A stretch of DNA of 64,000 nucleotides from Octopus sinensis (lineage: Eukaryota). This document shows, one piece after another, positions 1 through 11,690 of the stretch. Below the pieces are notes generated by a model, which worked only from the letters and a program-made list of their open reading frames with translations, was not told where the DNA came from and searched no databases. Numbering within the stretch: position 1 is the stretch's first letter; each line of letters starts with the position of its first letter. The position numbers and the translations under genes are program-made. The stretch is taken from assembly GCF_006345805.1 (NCBI RefSeq), contig NC_043006.1, forward strand, positions 96,534,001 to 96,598,000, in the 5' to 3' direction.

Positions 1-19
1 TAGCATTTTGAAACATCAT

Positions 20-330
20 ATACTTTGGGTTGGTCATGAAATTAGTTGACATTAGGATTTCGAAACAATTATTTGTGGTAAATGAGGTATTGGTAAGTGT
101 CTCCAATACAAGACAAAGGAGAGATTTTGAAGCATCAGAAAAGAAAACCTTAAGATTTTCTTTCTTTTTAATATTAACCCTAATAATTGGAAACGTCTTA
201 TAGTGAATAAAAGCGAATGGGAACGAACACTTAACCAGCAGTGTCTGCAGCTTGAAACAAAATGGACTGTGCATTGAGTTGTGAAACGAAGTGTCTGTAA
301 TAAAGTTGTGTAGAGGGTCGGCAACAAAGA
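20..330 (+). mobile_element. RTE-clade LINE, decayed 3' ORF2 fragment
   Basis: Manual translation with frameshifts gives LWVGH..IRISKQLF..GK...KERF*S...LK...NINPNNWKRLIVNKSEWERTLNQQCLQLE, matching the RTE C-terminal pattern RWAGHV.RM...RIPKQLFYG.L..GKR..G..KKRFKD.LK...W..LA.DR..WR. Confidence 0.65.
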
Positions 331-1313
331 AGTTGATGTTGTGTAGTAGGGCATTCAGAACTCATCTCATTTGCTCTCTCTGCACCTATCTTACGCTTTC
401 TTATTATGTTGGAAGACAAATACAAGAGATTTATGCACCACTAGAACACAATTTTATGCATAAGAATGTGCACATTTGTTAAGCAACATAAATTTCACTG
501 AACTTTCTTGACTCTGAAGACTAAGACGGTGTAAACCACTGAGTCGTACATTACAATTTGATCACACCCCGACGCATATTACACAATTAGAAGATAAACT
601 ATACTAAAGTAAAATCTAACACCACTAACATAAACACTACTCTTGTTTATACCATTATCATCATTAAAATCGTCCCCATTATCGGCACAGCTACCATAAT
701 CCTCCTCCTCCTTGTCCTCGTCGTTTCTCCTCCTCGACCTTCTCCTCCTCTTCATCCCTCCCCCCCTCGTCCTTCTCATTATCATTATCGTCATCATCGA
801 CATCGTCTGCTTCATCATCATTATCGCCTTTATTGTAACCACCAGAGTTATTTGTTAGTAATCATTAGCGACAATATTATCAAATTTATTATATAAGTTA
901 GAATGCGAATTATTTTCTCTGAGCTAAACGCATAAAGCTTAGCAAAGATGGTACAATTACTTTCTCTTTTTAAATTCCCTATAAATCTAAATATATATAT
1001 TTTAGAACTCTAAATTATATATTTTTAATTTTTGATTTATTCGTGCACTTCGTTATAGTATTACATGTTACCTATGACTTAAAAGGGAGTTAACTGCGAT
1101 TTTCTACTGCGATGAAATTTTATATAACGAGTGATGAGACACGGGAGGCTGAATTGGATGTTAGCGTTGTAGATGCTGGGGCAGTAGTGTGCCATCGCTA
1201 GCATGCGACCTTCAGATGAGGAAAGGCTGGAACACTCCCCAACCAAAAAATAAAAACAAAAACAAAAAAACTAAACTTGCTACCTTCCGTTTGGTTTTCG
1301 TGCCTATACTCAA

Positions 1314-1719
1314 CTTTTATCTTTTAATTGTTTCAGTCATTAGACTGTGGCCATGCTGGAACACCGCCTTGAGGAAGTTTTAGTCGAATCAGTCGGCCTC
1401 AATACTTAAATATTTTGTTACGTTTGGTACTTATTCTATCGGGCTCTAATAACGAACAGCTAAGTTACGGGAACATAAATACACCAACTTCGGCTGTCAA
1501 GCGTTGATGGGCGACAAACACAGACACAAAGACGCTCACGTAGATATATACGTATATACGACAGGCTTCTTTCAGTTTCTTTCTACCAAATCCACAAAAG
1601 GCTTTGGTCGGCCCGAGGCTACAGTAGACAACACTTGCCAAAGTTTTCACGCAGCAGGATTGAACCTAGAATCATGTGGTTAGGAGGTAAGCGTCTTACC
1701 ACATTACCACGCCTGTGCC
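1314..1719 (-). mobile_element. tRNA-derived SINE, family A (most abundant family here)
   Basis: The reverse complement has a degenerate A/B-box head, a CORE-like TTGGCAAGTG stretch, a CA/TA middle and the family tail GGCGGTGTTCCAGCATGGCC..AGTCTAATGACTGAAAC shared with many copies in the window. Confidence 0.9.
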
Positions 1720-1749
1720 TTGTGGTCATGGATGTTGGTTAAAGATCTA

Positions 1750-2130
1750 GAGAGTAGATCTCTAAATACAATATGACTAAATAGTGTTTTTTCCGAAGAG
1801 TATATGGTGTAACGTTACTCAACAATGTGTGTAGTTCGGAGGTAGAGAATCCAACCGAGCCGGTCCAGATCAAGCCGGTACCTCTCCCCATTGAGGAGTC
1901 ACAGCTCCGGTACTACGGAAATGGACTAAACTGTTACAGGAAAGAATCGCACGACAGATTCTTCAAGTCAAGCCTAGATAGACGAGGAATGAGATGTTAG
2001 ATAATATCCGGAGACACAGTTGATTGCACTTGGGAATGGAACCGGAATGTTTTGTGACGGATGCTTCTAGTAGGACCCTTATGGAGAAGGTACCCGAGGA
2101 CTCTACCCCAAAACCCCACCAGGAATTGTG
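1750..2130 (+). mobile_element. RTE-clade (Expander/Rex3-like) LINE 3' fragment
   Basis: Reads FFRRVYGVTLLNNVCSSEV...PLPIEESQLRYYG / QERIARQILQVKP....LDNI with frameshifts, as in RTE post-RT motifs FLRRI.GVTLLD.VRSSEI and IE.SQLRWFGH...ER.ARQ. Confidence 0.75.
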
Positions 2131-2393
2131 GTCGGTGAAGATGGATGAAGATGATTACGAAAATGCTACATGGTTATCTTGCACATGGAAATTACCAGCA
2201 GATGGAAAGAATTTTTTCGATTAAGCAGAGTTTTGAATAAACGAATATAAAATTCTAATCTTGCATAACATATATATATATATATATATATATATAACGG
2301 GAAGCTTTGTGAAAATAAACAAAAGACGAAGGCAGGTGGAATACAAACAAACAATTGTATTAGTATGGCGCTCAGGAATATAAATAAAACAAG

Positions 2394-2432
2394 TCTTTTA
2401 CGTTTGAGAGCCTACACTCTTCAACAGAAAGA
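2394..2432 (-). ncRNA. degenerate minimal hammerhead ribozyme (PLE pLTR-type)
   Basis: Minus strand TCTTT-CTGTTGA-A-GAG-TGTAGG-CTC-TCAAAC-GTA-AAAGA: 5-bp stem I, CUGuUGA core, 3-bp stem II, damaged GAAA, GUA triplet. Confidence 0.5.
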
Positions 2433-2590
2433 TACACAAAGAAACACGGAGAGAAACAAGGAGAGAAAAAAAATGCGTGCAGAAGCTAGCGATTCAACAT
2501 ATACATACACACACATGTATATATAAACACATGCAAATGTAATTATATATGTATATATATTTGTGTGTTTGTGTGTATGTCTCTATATAA

Positions 2591-3393
2591 TCTTATAAAT
2601 ATATATAAACTTAATCCCATGCATATATAATATATATGTGTGTGTATATGTATTTATATGTGGGAAATTCTGTCTGTGGGTGTGTTTGTGAAGTTGTTAG
2701 CTAACGCCTCCTACATTGTTTTATCGATTTTGATGAAACTTGACACGTGAGTAGAACTCATTTTGGAAACCTCATGGCATAGTCACATTGTTGAAAAAGT
2801 CGATAAAAGAGTACCTGGAAGAGATCCTTATATATATCTTCTCTGTTTTATTTTAAAACCCAAGGGAAATAACACATTCATTTTCCTAAATTATTTGGTA
2901 AAAATGAAATTGAGTATGCTTATTTATTAGTATTTGAACTCTTAGAGTTATTTTCGCAATTTATCCAGTACAACCCTTAAACAAGTAAATATTATTTTCC
3001 TAAACAATAGATCCACTTATTTCGGTTAGTGACTTATTCACGAATATACCAACACTAGCGTCCCTGAGGGTAATATTCTCTGGGAACTCACAAAAGCCCT
3101 TTTTAGATTTATTTACATTGAATTGTTATCTCATATCTGTTTAGCCTGTTATTACGTTGCATGCTTCACGATTTTAGTATACATACCTTATTAGTGTTTC
3201 CTTCTATTTTCTATATATAGTGGGAATAAAGCCCTTTTCGGGGCTACTTTATTTGAATTCTTACTATCGGGTAAATAATTTCATGTTATTACTAACTTCA
3301 CATTTTAGGTATTCATAATTTATTGGGAATTCTGAGAACGGAACCAAGGGCTAAGCCCTGCTTTCCCGGGAAATTACCCGGTACATCAGCTAG
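2591..3393 (+). mobile_element. non-autonomous Helitron
   Basis: Candidate A|TC 5' end at 2591. The 3' end has hairpin CCGGG-AAATTA-CCCGG (3366-3381), then CTAG (3390-3393) followed by T. The internal TCTGTCTGT...CGATTTTGATGAAACTTG motif is typical of animal non-autonomous Helitrons. Confidence 0.65.
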
Positions 3394-3419
3394 TGTATAT
3401 ATATCTGTGCGTATGTCTG

Positions 3420-3456
<37 letters not shown>

Positions 3457-3458
<2 letters not shown>

Positions 3459-4964
3459 GAAAAAAGTGAAAAAACTACAGAAGGCTTGTTTTATAAGGTT
3501 AAAGAATATATTTAAGTCGTTATGTTAGGAAAATGTTATAAAGTTTTGTGTATAGTAACATAGTTTTTGGAGAAAAACCGGTTTCGTGTAAACTTTTCAA
3601 TTTCTCAGAGTTCTTTACCTACATCGTGTCATGCCTTCGTTATGAAGTGCAAAGAAGAGTTCCAGGCAGGGAGAGGTAATAAGGGATTTCTTCCGGTATA
3701 AGGGAGATAATCACTTTATTTATTTATATTTATCTATTTTTTAATGGAATGAGTTTCTCTGTATAAGAATGTTAGGATGGTTATGTTCAGGCTTATATTT
3801 TTCAATGAAGAATGTTTCTTTGTTTAATCTAATTTGTGTTGGTGTTCCAAAGCACATTGATAAAATGGAAAGATTAAAAATTGTGGTAGTAGTGGCTTTG
3901 CGCATTATTCAATATGCTCACTAAATGGTATCATTCTGTATGCTCGGAATGCAATCTGTTGTCGATGCAGAGTGCATCTGCGTCTGAGTGACAATCTCGT
4001 GGACCCTACGTAGTTTTGGTGGCAGCCCGAGCATCTTAAGACATAAATTATGTTTTCAGAAGCACAAGTGAAATTAGATCTGACCTTGAATTTTTGTCCC
4101 TCTTTGAAAAGGAATTCTGATCCTTCTAGAAGGTTTGGGCATGTTGCGCAGTTTGGTCTACCACATTTTTTTTACTTTTGCATCCGTAATTTCAGAGAAT
4201 AATTTTGCCCTTGTGAGAATCTTTTTAAGTGATTTAGGTTGTTTGTAGCTTTTAATGGTTTTATGTGTGTTTAGAATTTCCTTTAATTTGGGGTCCTTAT
4301 TGAGTATTAGTAAATTCTGGGTGATGATGGTGAAGGCTTCTTTGTTTCTGGAGTTGTATGTGGATATGTAAGGTAGTATTTTCGGGGAAGGTGTGTTGTT
4401 CTGTTGAACTTTTCTCAAAGTTTCTATGTTATACTGTTGCACGTCTGATATCCTCTATTAGTTGAACTGATGGCATCAATGAGTTCTTCTGTCTAAAGTT
4501 AACGGATAGAGTTTAGTTGATTTGTTCTTGGATTTGTGTAGTTCTTGACAAGTTCCTGGTATTTTGTTCTGACACTATGTGCATATCCTCTTGCAAGGTA
4601 AAGGGATGTTTGTTTTAGGGTGTCTTGGTGGCATGAATCAAAAAGTAGGTATTCTTACACAGAGAAACTCAACCCATTAATAAATAAATAAATAAAAATA
4701 AATAAATAAAGTGACTATCTCCCTTATACCGCAAGAAATACCTTTTTACCTCCCCCTACCTGGAACTCTTCTTTGCACTTCATAACGAAGACATGACACG
4801 ATGTAGGTAAAGAACTCTGAGAAATTGAAAAGTTTACACAAAACGGTTTTTCTCCCAAAACTATGTTACTATACGCAAAATTTTATAACATTTTCCTAAC
4901 ATAACGACTTAGATATATTCTTTAACCTTATAAAACAAGCGTTCTGTAGTTTTTTTACTCTTTT
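3457..4964 (-). mobile_element. Penelope-like element, 5'-truncated, with inverted pseudo-LTRs
   Basis: Minus strand encodes the RT thumb (HPKTNIPF.LAR.IC..VSEQ), a linker (ILPYISTYNSRN...KSYKQPKSLKKILTRAK) and GIY-YIG (RPNCATCPNL...NFTCASENIIYVLRCSGC...YVGST...RCTLHRQQI). 3460-3770 and 4651-4964 are reverse complements. Confidence 0.9.
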
Positions 4965-5020
4965 GTATTTTTTTATATATCTAACCACGTGCTATCACAC
5001 ACCAACTTGCTCACCTATAT

Positions 5021-5055
<35 letters not shown>

Positions 5056-5083
5056 ATGTATGTGTATGTATATGTATATATAT

Positions 5084-5457
5084 TCTTTTTTCTTTTACTT
5101 GGTTCAGTCATTTGACTGAATCAAATCGACCCCAAGACTTTGTAAGCCTAGTACCTATTCTATCGGTTACTTTTGCCGAAACGCTAAGTTACGGGAGCCT
5201 AAGCACACCAGCATCGGTGTCAAGCGATGTTGGGCGGACAAACACAGATACACAACATATATACACACATACATATGTATATATATACATATATACGACG
5301 GGTTTCTTCCAGTTTCCGTATACCAAATCCACTCACAAGGCTTTGGTCGGCCCGAAGCTCTAGTAGAAGACACTTGCCCAAGGTGCCATGCTGTGGGACT
5401 GGACCCGGAATCATGTTGTTGGTAAGCAAGCTACTGATCACACACCCACTCCTCAGC
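5084..5457 (-). mobile_element. SINE family A
   Basis: Family head, body and tail; internal deletion in the tail region. Confidence 0.9.
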
Positions 5458-5468
5458 TTAAAATGATA

Positions 5469-5516
<48 letters not shown>

Positions 5517-6081
5517 ATTATTTAGGGTAGCAAAAATTCAATAGAAATTTATCGCTACCAGCGGCCTAGTGGAAAGAGAAAATAGTCAAAGACTAAAATA
5601 TATAAATAACAATTCAGGAATGGCCTTAACAGGCCATTCGTCCACCAGAGAGAGCAGCCAGAACTCAAACCGCCAAGCAGTAGCAATTCAGAAATTAGGT
5701 GAAAATTTTAAAACGTTTACCCTAATCATCTTTAGACGATGCATCGTTTCTGTGTTTTGATGATAAACTAGCTTAATTAAATAAATTAAGCTAATCTACC
5801 ATAGGTCACACTTCATCAGTAAAAAAACAGGGGAGAGACAAATATACACGAGGCGTCTGTATCAATGCCTCCGGAATATCTGTCTTAAAATTCAAAGACC
5901 AACGTGTTCGCGCCAATGTATCACTAACTACAGTTAGTGATACATATATAATAATATATATCTTGAAAGTGGTTCTCTAGCACTACCGCAGTCAAATGAC
6001 TGAAACAAATATATATATATACATATATATACATATATATAAATGGATGAATAAATTATCCTTTATTTACCGTTAACTAAC

Positions 6082-6130
<49 letters not shown>

Positions 6131-6135
6131 CATAC

Positions 6136-6185
<50 letters not shown>

Positions 6186-6224
6186 TATTCTGTGTGCGCA
6201 CGTGCTTGTGTGTGTGTGCGCGCG

Positions 6225-6410
6225 CGCGTGTTCTTGTGTTTGTCGTCTACCACTACTTGACAAACAAATTAGCTCTTTTACGCCCCGGTGTCTCTGCAGT
6301 TCTCCCAAGGTGTCCTTTAGAATAAGTAGCAGGTTTAAAAAGTAACTATTGGTGCCGATCAGTTCGCCTAAGCCTTTCAAGGCGGTGCCCCATCATGGCC
6401 GCTGTCCAGC
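6225..6410 (+). mobile_element. SINE family A, degenerate 3' half
   Basis: AGAATAAGTAGCAGG...AAGGCGGTGCCCCATCATGGCCGC resembles the family tail. Confidence 0.55.
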
Positions 6411-6741
6411 TCCAGCAAAAGTTAAAGTATGAATTTATGTATGCATGTATGGATGTATGTTTGTGGGTGTATGTGGCTGTGTTGTTTCGCGGTCTCGGTG
6501 TGGAGTGGGGGGATGTTTATTACGATCTCAGTCTATCTCTGGTTATCCAGAAGTTGATTGTTTCAACTCTGGTGATTAGCTGAAGTCTAGTGATTAACTC
6601 ATCTCTTGCAATTATCACAGCCCTTTGTTCTTCATACGGCATCTATGTGGTCTTAGAAATCATCTGAAGATCTGTCTGGTTATCAGCTTATCAGTTTGCT
6701 TTGTAAAATTATCTCTCTGTTTGTCTTTCGTCCGCTTTACC

Positions 6742-6776
<35 letters not shown>

Positions 6777-6799
6777 ATCTATATATATATATATATAAT

Positions 6800-6832
<33 letters not shown>

Positions 6833-7559
6833 ATATATATATACATATACCCGTGTGTGTGTGGTGTGTGTGTGTATAGATGATAAAGTCCAGTATAAGC
6901 GTGGGTAGATTGTCGCTAATTAGTGCTTAAGGAGATCTACATTTTAAACTCCAAATATTTGTTCAGTGTAAGGAAGTCTGCAGGTAGAAAATTCAACTAG
7001 AAAAGCGATCGAAATCGAGCGTATATCGATTAAGAATGACGGAGAAATAATAACAGGTATAAGGAATGTATTTACATGAAAAATTTCATATGTACTTTAC
7101 AAGACATAAGCAGACCTTGTCTTTACGACTGTTTGCAATGATCCGTGAATGGTTGACACGGCAATGCATATTATGCAAGCAGATGCAATAGCGAGGCAAT
7201 ATTGGTCATAAGCATAAAAGAAATGACAATATCAACGAGAACGTATCTTGATGGCTGAGCATCTCTGCGCGACAAATTCACGATATTTTGTTCAGAAGAC
7301 GAATGGCAAATGCATGAACGAATGGCAAATGCATGAATTCGAGGTATAGGAGGTACAGAGAGAAGTACTGTAGTAAGAGTTACAGGTTACGTAAAGGATG
7401 AATAAGAAAACGAAAATGGAAGAGAAGTTATGTTAGTAAAGCGGAGGTGAATGCAATCTTAGACGTATTGAGGTATACAGGTGAGTAATTGACCAACGGA
7501 ATAAAGCGACCAAAGGAATAGAAGGAGAAAAATAAAGAGAACGTAGAGAAATCTTCAGT

Positions 7560-9060
7560 GTAATCTATCTAGTAACTTGTTTTCAACATAGCTATCAAAC
7601 TGAAGCAGAATAGTTTCTTTTCTCTGCAAAGGAAGGTGGAACCTCTATTTTTACAACGGATTGGGCTGACAGCCACATTCCTAGTATATACTACAGCTGT
7701 TAAGTACAAGCCGATACGCCCTTAATAAACGGTCCCTGAACAATAGCGTTCAGGAGGATTTCATTGGTCCGAACTCATCTCAGAATTACCTGGTGGTATT
7801 TCTGCACCTGTTTTGCTTCAGTTCTGCTTTATTCATGACAAGGATTTTGGAAGTTGACCGTATTTCTCGAGTTAATCTGTTTGTGTTGTTCTGGTCAATG
7901 CCCAGAGCCGTTCCTGGAACATCACCACTCATACCTACTATTAACCCTCAATGGAATTCGAAAGTTGTTAACGCGACGTTCTTCAATTGGTAGAATGGTA
8001 TGGGTGCCTGTCAACATTCGAGATGCCAAATATACTACATCATTCTTCGCTAAGCATGATTTTCTCTTCGTCAAAGAGATGAGCTGCGGATAGAAACCAC
8101 AAGCTACCCTTCCTTTCCGTTGTCGTTGTATTCGCTGTCATTTCAGAAGGTCAGAATATTTATGCCGTTCATTCAGTCTCAGTGTGTTCCTGCACATCAA
8201 CTGACGAATCCGAAGTTCATCACACATCGAATGTTGAGAGTAGATAGATTTCCTAACCAACAGAACCTGTGTCATCCATAAAAACGGGAAAATCGTGCGC
8301 TCCCCTCTGGTCGGATGTATCTTGGCAGAAGGTACAATTGTCAGTTGGTGTTTTGCTCCGAAATAATTTAGCATTAATCACTTCCATCCAACCATTTATG
8401 GACAACTCCATCTCGGGACACTTCGATCACGGTCTCTTCCCAATTTCTCTCCAATTAAACTTCAGCTTCAAATCAGAACCCAGTACCCAAACAAGGTTCT
8501 CGTTCCAACAACATAAATTATAGATATACCTGTCCCAATGTTGTGTTGCAAGTTTATCGACATTAACAGGTGGACATGTGCCTCCACACATTCCTGGTAC
8601 TGTTCCAGTGTCCTATCTACAGCTTCTATATCTGAAGAGTGTGATTCTATGACATGCGAATGCAGATACGGCTCTCCTGTCACCGACCGATATGCTATTC
8701 AGTCTTCGTCCTACGTAGCAAAACCATAGGAGACGGAAGAGAGTGCATCCTCGAATGGACCGAGTTTTTTCTACTGAAGGTTTACAAAAGGTGACAGAAT
8801 CTGACCACTGAACAACAGCTGTTGCTAAACATTTGAGCAAATCAGTTTCTGAAGATAAGACTGAAATTGAGTGCTCTGAAAACAGTTGCTACTTAGCGAT
8901 GGGTGATCTTGTTGAAAGCTGTCGATTGAACCAAATTGAGCAGCGCTCACCAGATGACTTCCCAAAATGCTCTCAGATGAATTACATAAATTGGAAGTTG
9001 TCGCAAAGACTTACAAGTCTCCGACTACACTATCCACGACAATTATCAGATTTTTGGTAA
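7560..9060 (-). mobile_element. Ty3/Gypsy LTR retrotransposon pol relic (integrase region)
   Basis: In order on the minus strand, with stops and frameshifts: VWRHMSTC*C (zinc finger CC), AKLF, SDQRG, LW....LL..K...S.H...D....R.......LR (integrase core), KNDVVYL, QGPF (GPY/F module). No LTRs identified. Confidence 0.55.
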
Positions 9061-9445
9061 TCTTTTAAAAAATGTACGACACTGGGTTGCACAAAGTTAC
9101 GGGTCTGAAATTTCTCTCTCAACTTGCTCAGTAACGTCGCCATTCTGTGGCTCACTCAACCGGGTAAACTATCTGGCTGGTGTCATTTATGGTAGACGAT
9201 TGCTAAGGCAGAAGCAAACAAGTGTCTGGGATAAAGAAATGCAGCTCGTATATTAGACACCCCAAACAATATTCAATGTAGGCAACTTTCCCCACATACA
9301 GTGGCTCTATACATATAAATCCCCTACCGAAAAGAGTTTGGCAAAGTGCAGCTGAAAACACGCAGTAAAAGAGATACATACATACACATATACATAATAT
9401 AAATGTACATGTAGATGTACTTGGTATATAATATATATATATTAT

Positions 9446-9476
<31 letters not shown>

Positions 9477-9699
9477 TATATCTATATATATATACATAAA
9501 TATATATTGTGTATATGTATATATATATATCTTTGTGTATATATTATATATATATATATAGTATATCTTTGCGTGCGTGTGTTTCTGTAATATATATGAT
9601 ATATATATATATTATATATATAATATATCCATACACAGAAACATACACACACACACACAAAAAGAGAAAGAAAAAGACAGATTTATATAATTTACTTAC

Positions 9700-9730
<31 letters not shown>

Positions 9731-10831
9731 ATACATATATACATACATACATACATTTATATGCACCTGCTATATATACAAACATACATAAATACTTACA
9801 TCCGTACAGACACACACATACACACATGTATATTAAAAACAAAGACAAGAGTTGAAGATTAATGAACGAAAGAATGTGGCAATTATAGAATAGAAAGCAA
9901 ATAGATATATAAAGAATAAAGAGAGAAAGAACGAAGGAAAGAATTGAACAAATATAGGAAGAAATAGAGAAGAAAAAAAATCGAGGACTAAAGAGTGAAA
10001 GATGAGGTGTTATGGAGGAAGCATTTGACACATGAAGGAAACAAGGAGAAGAAGAGAAGGGGCAAAGAAGGCGATTAGTTAACGGAAGATCTCATCATTA
10101 TGTGCTTAGTTAGCAATGTCAATTGGGGTTGAATTAATCTTGTTCTTCGATTTCCGTCTGCCAAGTTTTGTTGGATAACAACACCTATCGTTACCACGAC
10201 CTTCTTTTATTTACATTACACTCTTGCTGTTGTCCTTACTGTTGAAGTTGTTTGCCATTTCGCAATCATTATCCTCGCTTCCATTGAGACAAGAAACACC
10301 TAAAAATTATCATCCAATGGCAGGGCAACCTGCTGCAAAGATTTTCTTTCACTTATCCCAAACACGTTCTCCCTTTTTAACTTTACGTTCGTTCGCTACT
10401 CACATCATACACCTAACAAACAACAAAACCTAACAAACAACAAAACCACCACCAACCCCACCATGAGCCATCGGTTGAAACTGTGTGTATTGAGTCAACT
10501 CCTAAAAATATTTACCAAATATCACTCAAGCCATTAGGCCCACACTCTTCAGGCAGAATTCATTATATAATGAATCATTCCTCATTTTTAAGATAATTTG
10601 AAGCGGAAGTGATGAATTTGTAGTATCTCTTGTGACTACGAATGGCCGTAACCATTGGCTCAACATGTATATTGTTTTACAGTGAATCAGCTTTCAGTTT
10701 AACATACCATCCGGTCCTTGTGTACCTATAGCAAGGCTGCTGTTTGCCCGTATGGTGGTCTACTCTCCTATTTAGCGAGACCTTCCATTTTACTTTTTTT
10801 CTATTAGCCAGAAAGTCGATGAGAAAGGATA

Positions 10832-11248
10832 TACTCTTTACTCTTTACTCTTTTACTTGTTTCAGTCATTTGACTGCGGCCATGCTGGAGCACCGCCTTT
10901 AATCGAGCAACTCGACCCCGGAACTTATTCTTTTGTAAGCCCAGTACTTATTCTATTGGTCTCTTTTTGCCGAACCGCTAAGTAACGGGGACATAAACAC
11001 ACCAGCATCGGTTGTCAAACAATGCTAGGGGGACGAACACAAACACACACACATACATACACACACATATATATATATACATATATACGACAGGCTTCTT
11101 TCAGTTTCCGTCTACCAAATCCACTCACAAGGCATTGGTCGGCCCGAGGCTATAGCAGAAGACACTTGCCCAAGATGCCACGCAGTGGGACTGAACCCGG
11201 AACCCTGTGGTTGGTTAGTAGCTACTTACCACATAGCCACTCTTGCGC
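10832..11248 (-). mobile_element. SINE family A, full length
   Basis: A-box GGCTATGTGG, B-box GGTTCAGTCCC, CORE-like stretch and (AAAGAGT)n tail on the minus strand. Confidence 0.95.
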
Positions 11249-11476
11249 TTTTCTCTTTGTCTTTTATTGTTTTCTAACACTGAATCTTCGATACCAGTAT
11301 TTAATGACTCCTTCTATTAGACCGTAAGGCGCGATCCGAGCGAGAAGTTATTGCTGTTTTATGCAGGTCGAGTTATTCCGTAAAAGTTCTTCTTTCGTTT
11401 TGTATATATATATAATCGAGATTATGATGATGACGGTGTGTGGAATTTGGATGGAGTTTAGGGGGATGACTATACC

Positions 11477-11519
11477 AGATGATGATGATGATGACGATGA
11501 TGATGACGACGAGGATGAC

Positions 11520-11555
<36 letters not shown>

Positions 11556-11586
11556 AATGATGATGACGATGATGATGATGATGATG

Positions 11587-11651
<65 letters not shown>

Positions 11652-11690
11652 AAGAAGAAGAAGAAGAAGAAGAAAGAAGAAGAGAAGAAA
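11477..11690. repeat. compound trinucleotide microsatellite (GAT)n-(AAT)n-(AAG)n
   Basis: Direct reading; source of the poly-D/N/K, poly-S and poly-M ORFs. Confidence 0.98.

Noticed and set aside
5600-5655. Hammerhead around the GAATGGCC/GGCCATTC hairpin
   Set aside because: The core would be CTGGTGG and GAAT, and stem I has no partner.
6990-7340. Possible LINE EN-RT linker relic
   Set aside because: Purine-rich with faint similarity only; no diagnostic motif. It contains a small tandem duplication GAATGGCAAATGCATGAA.
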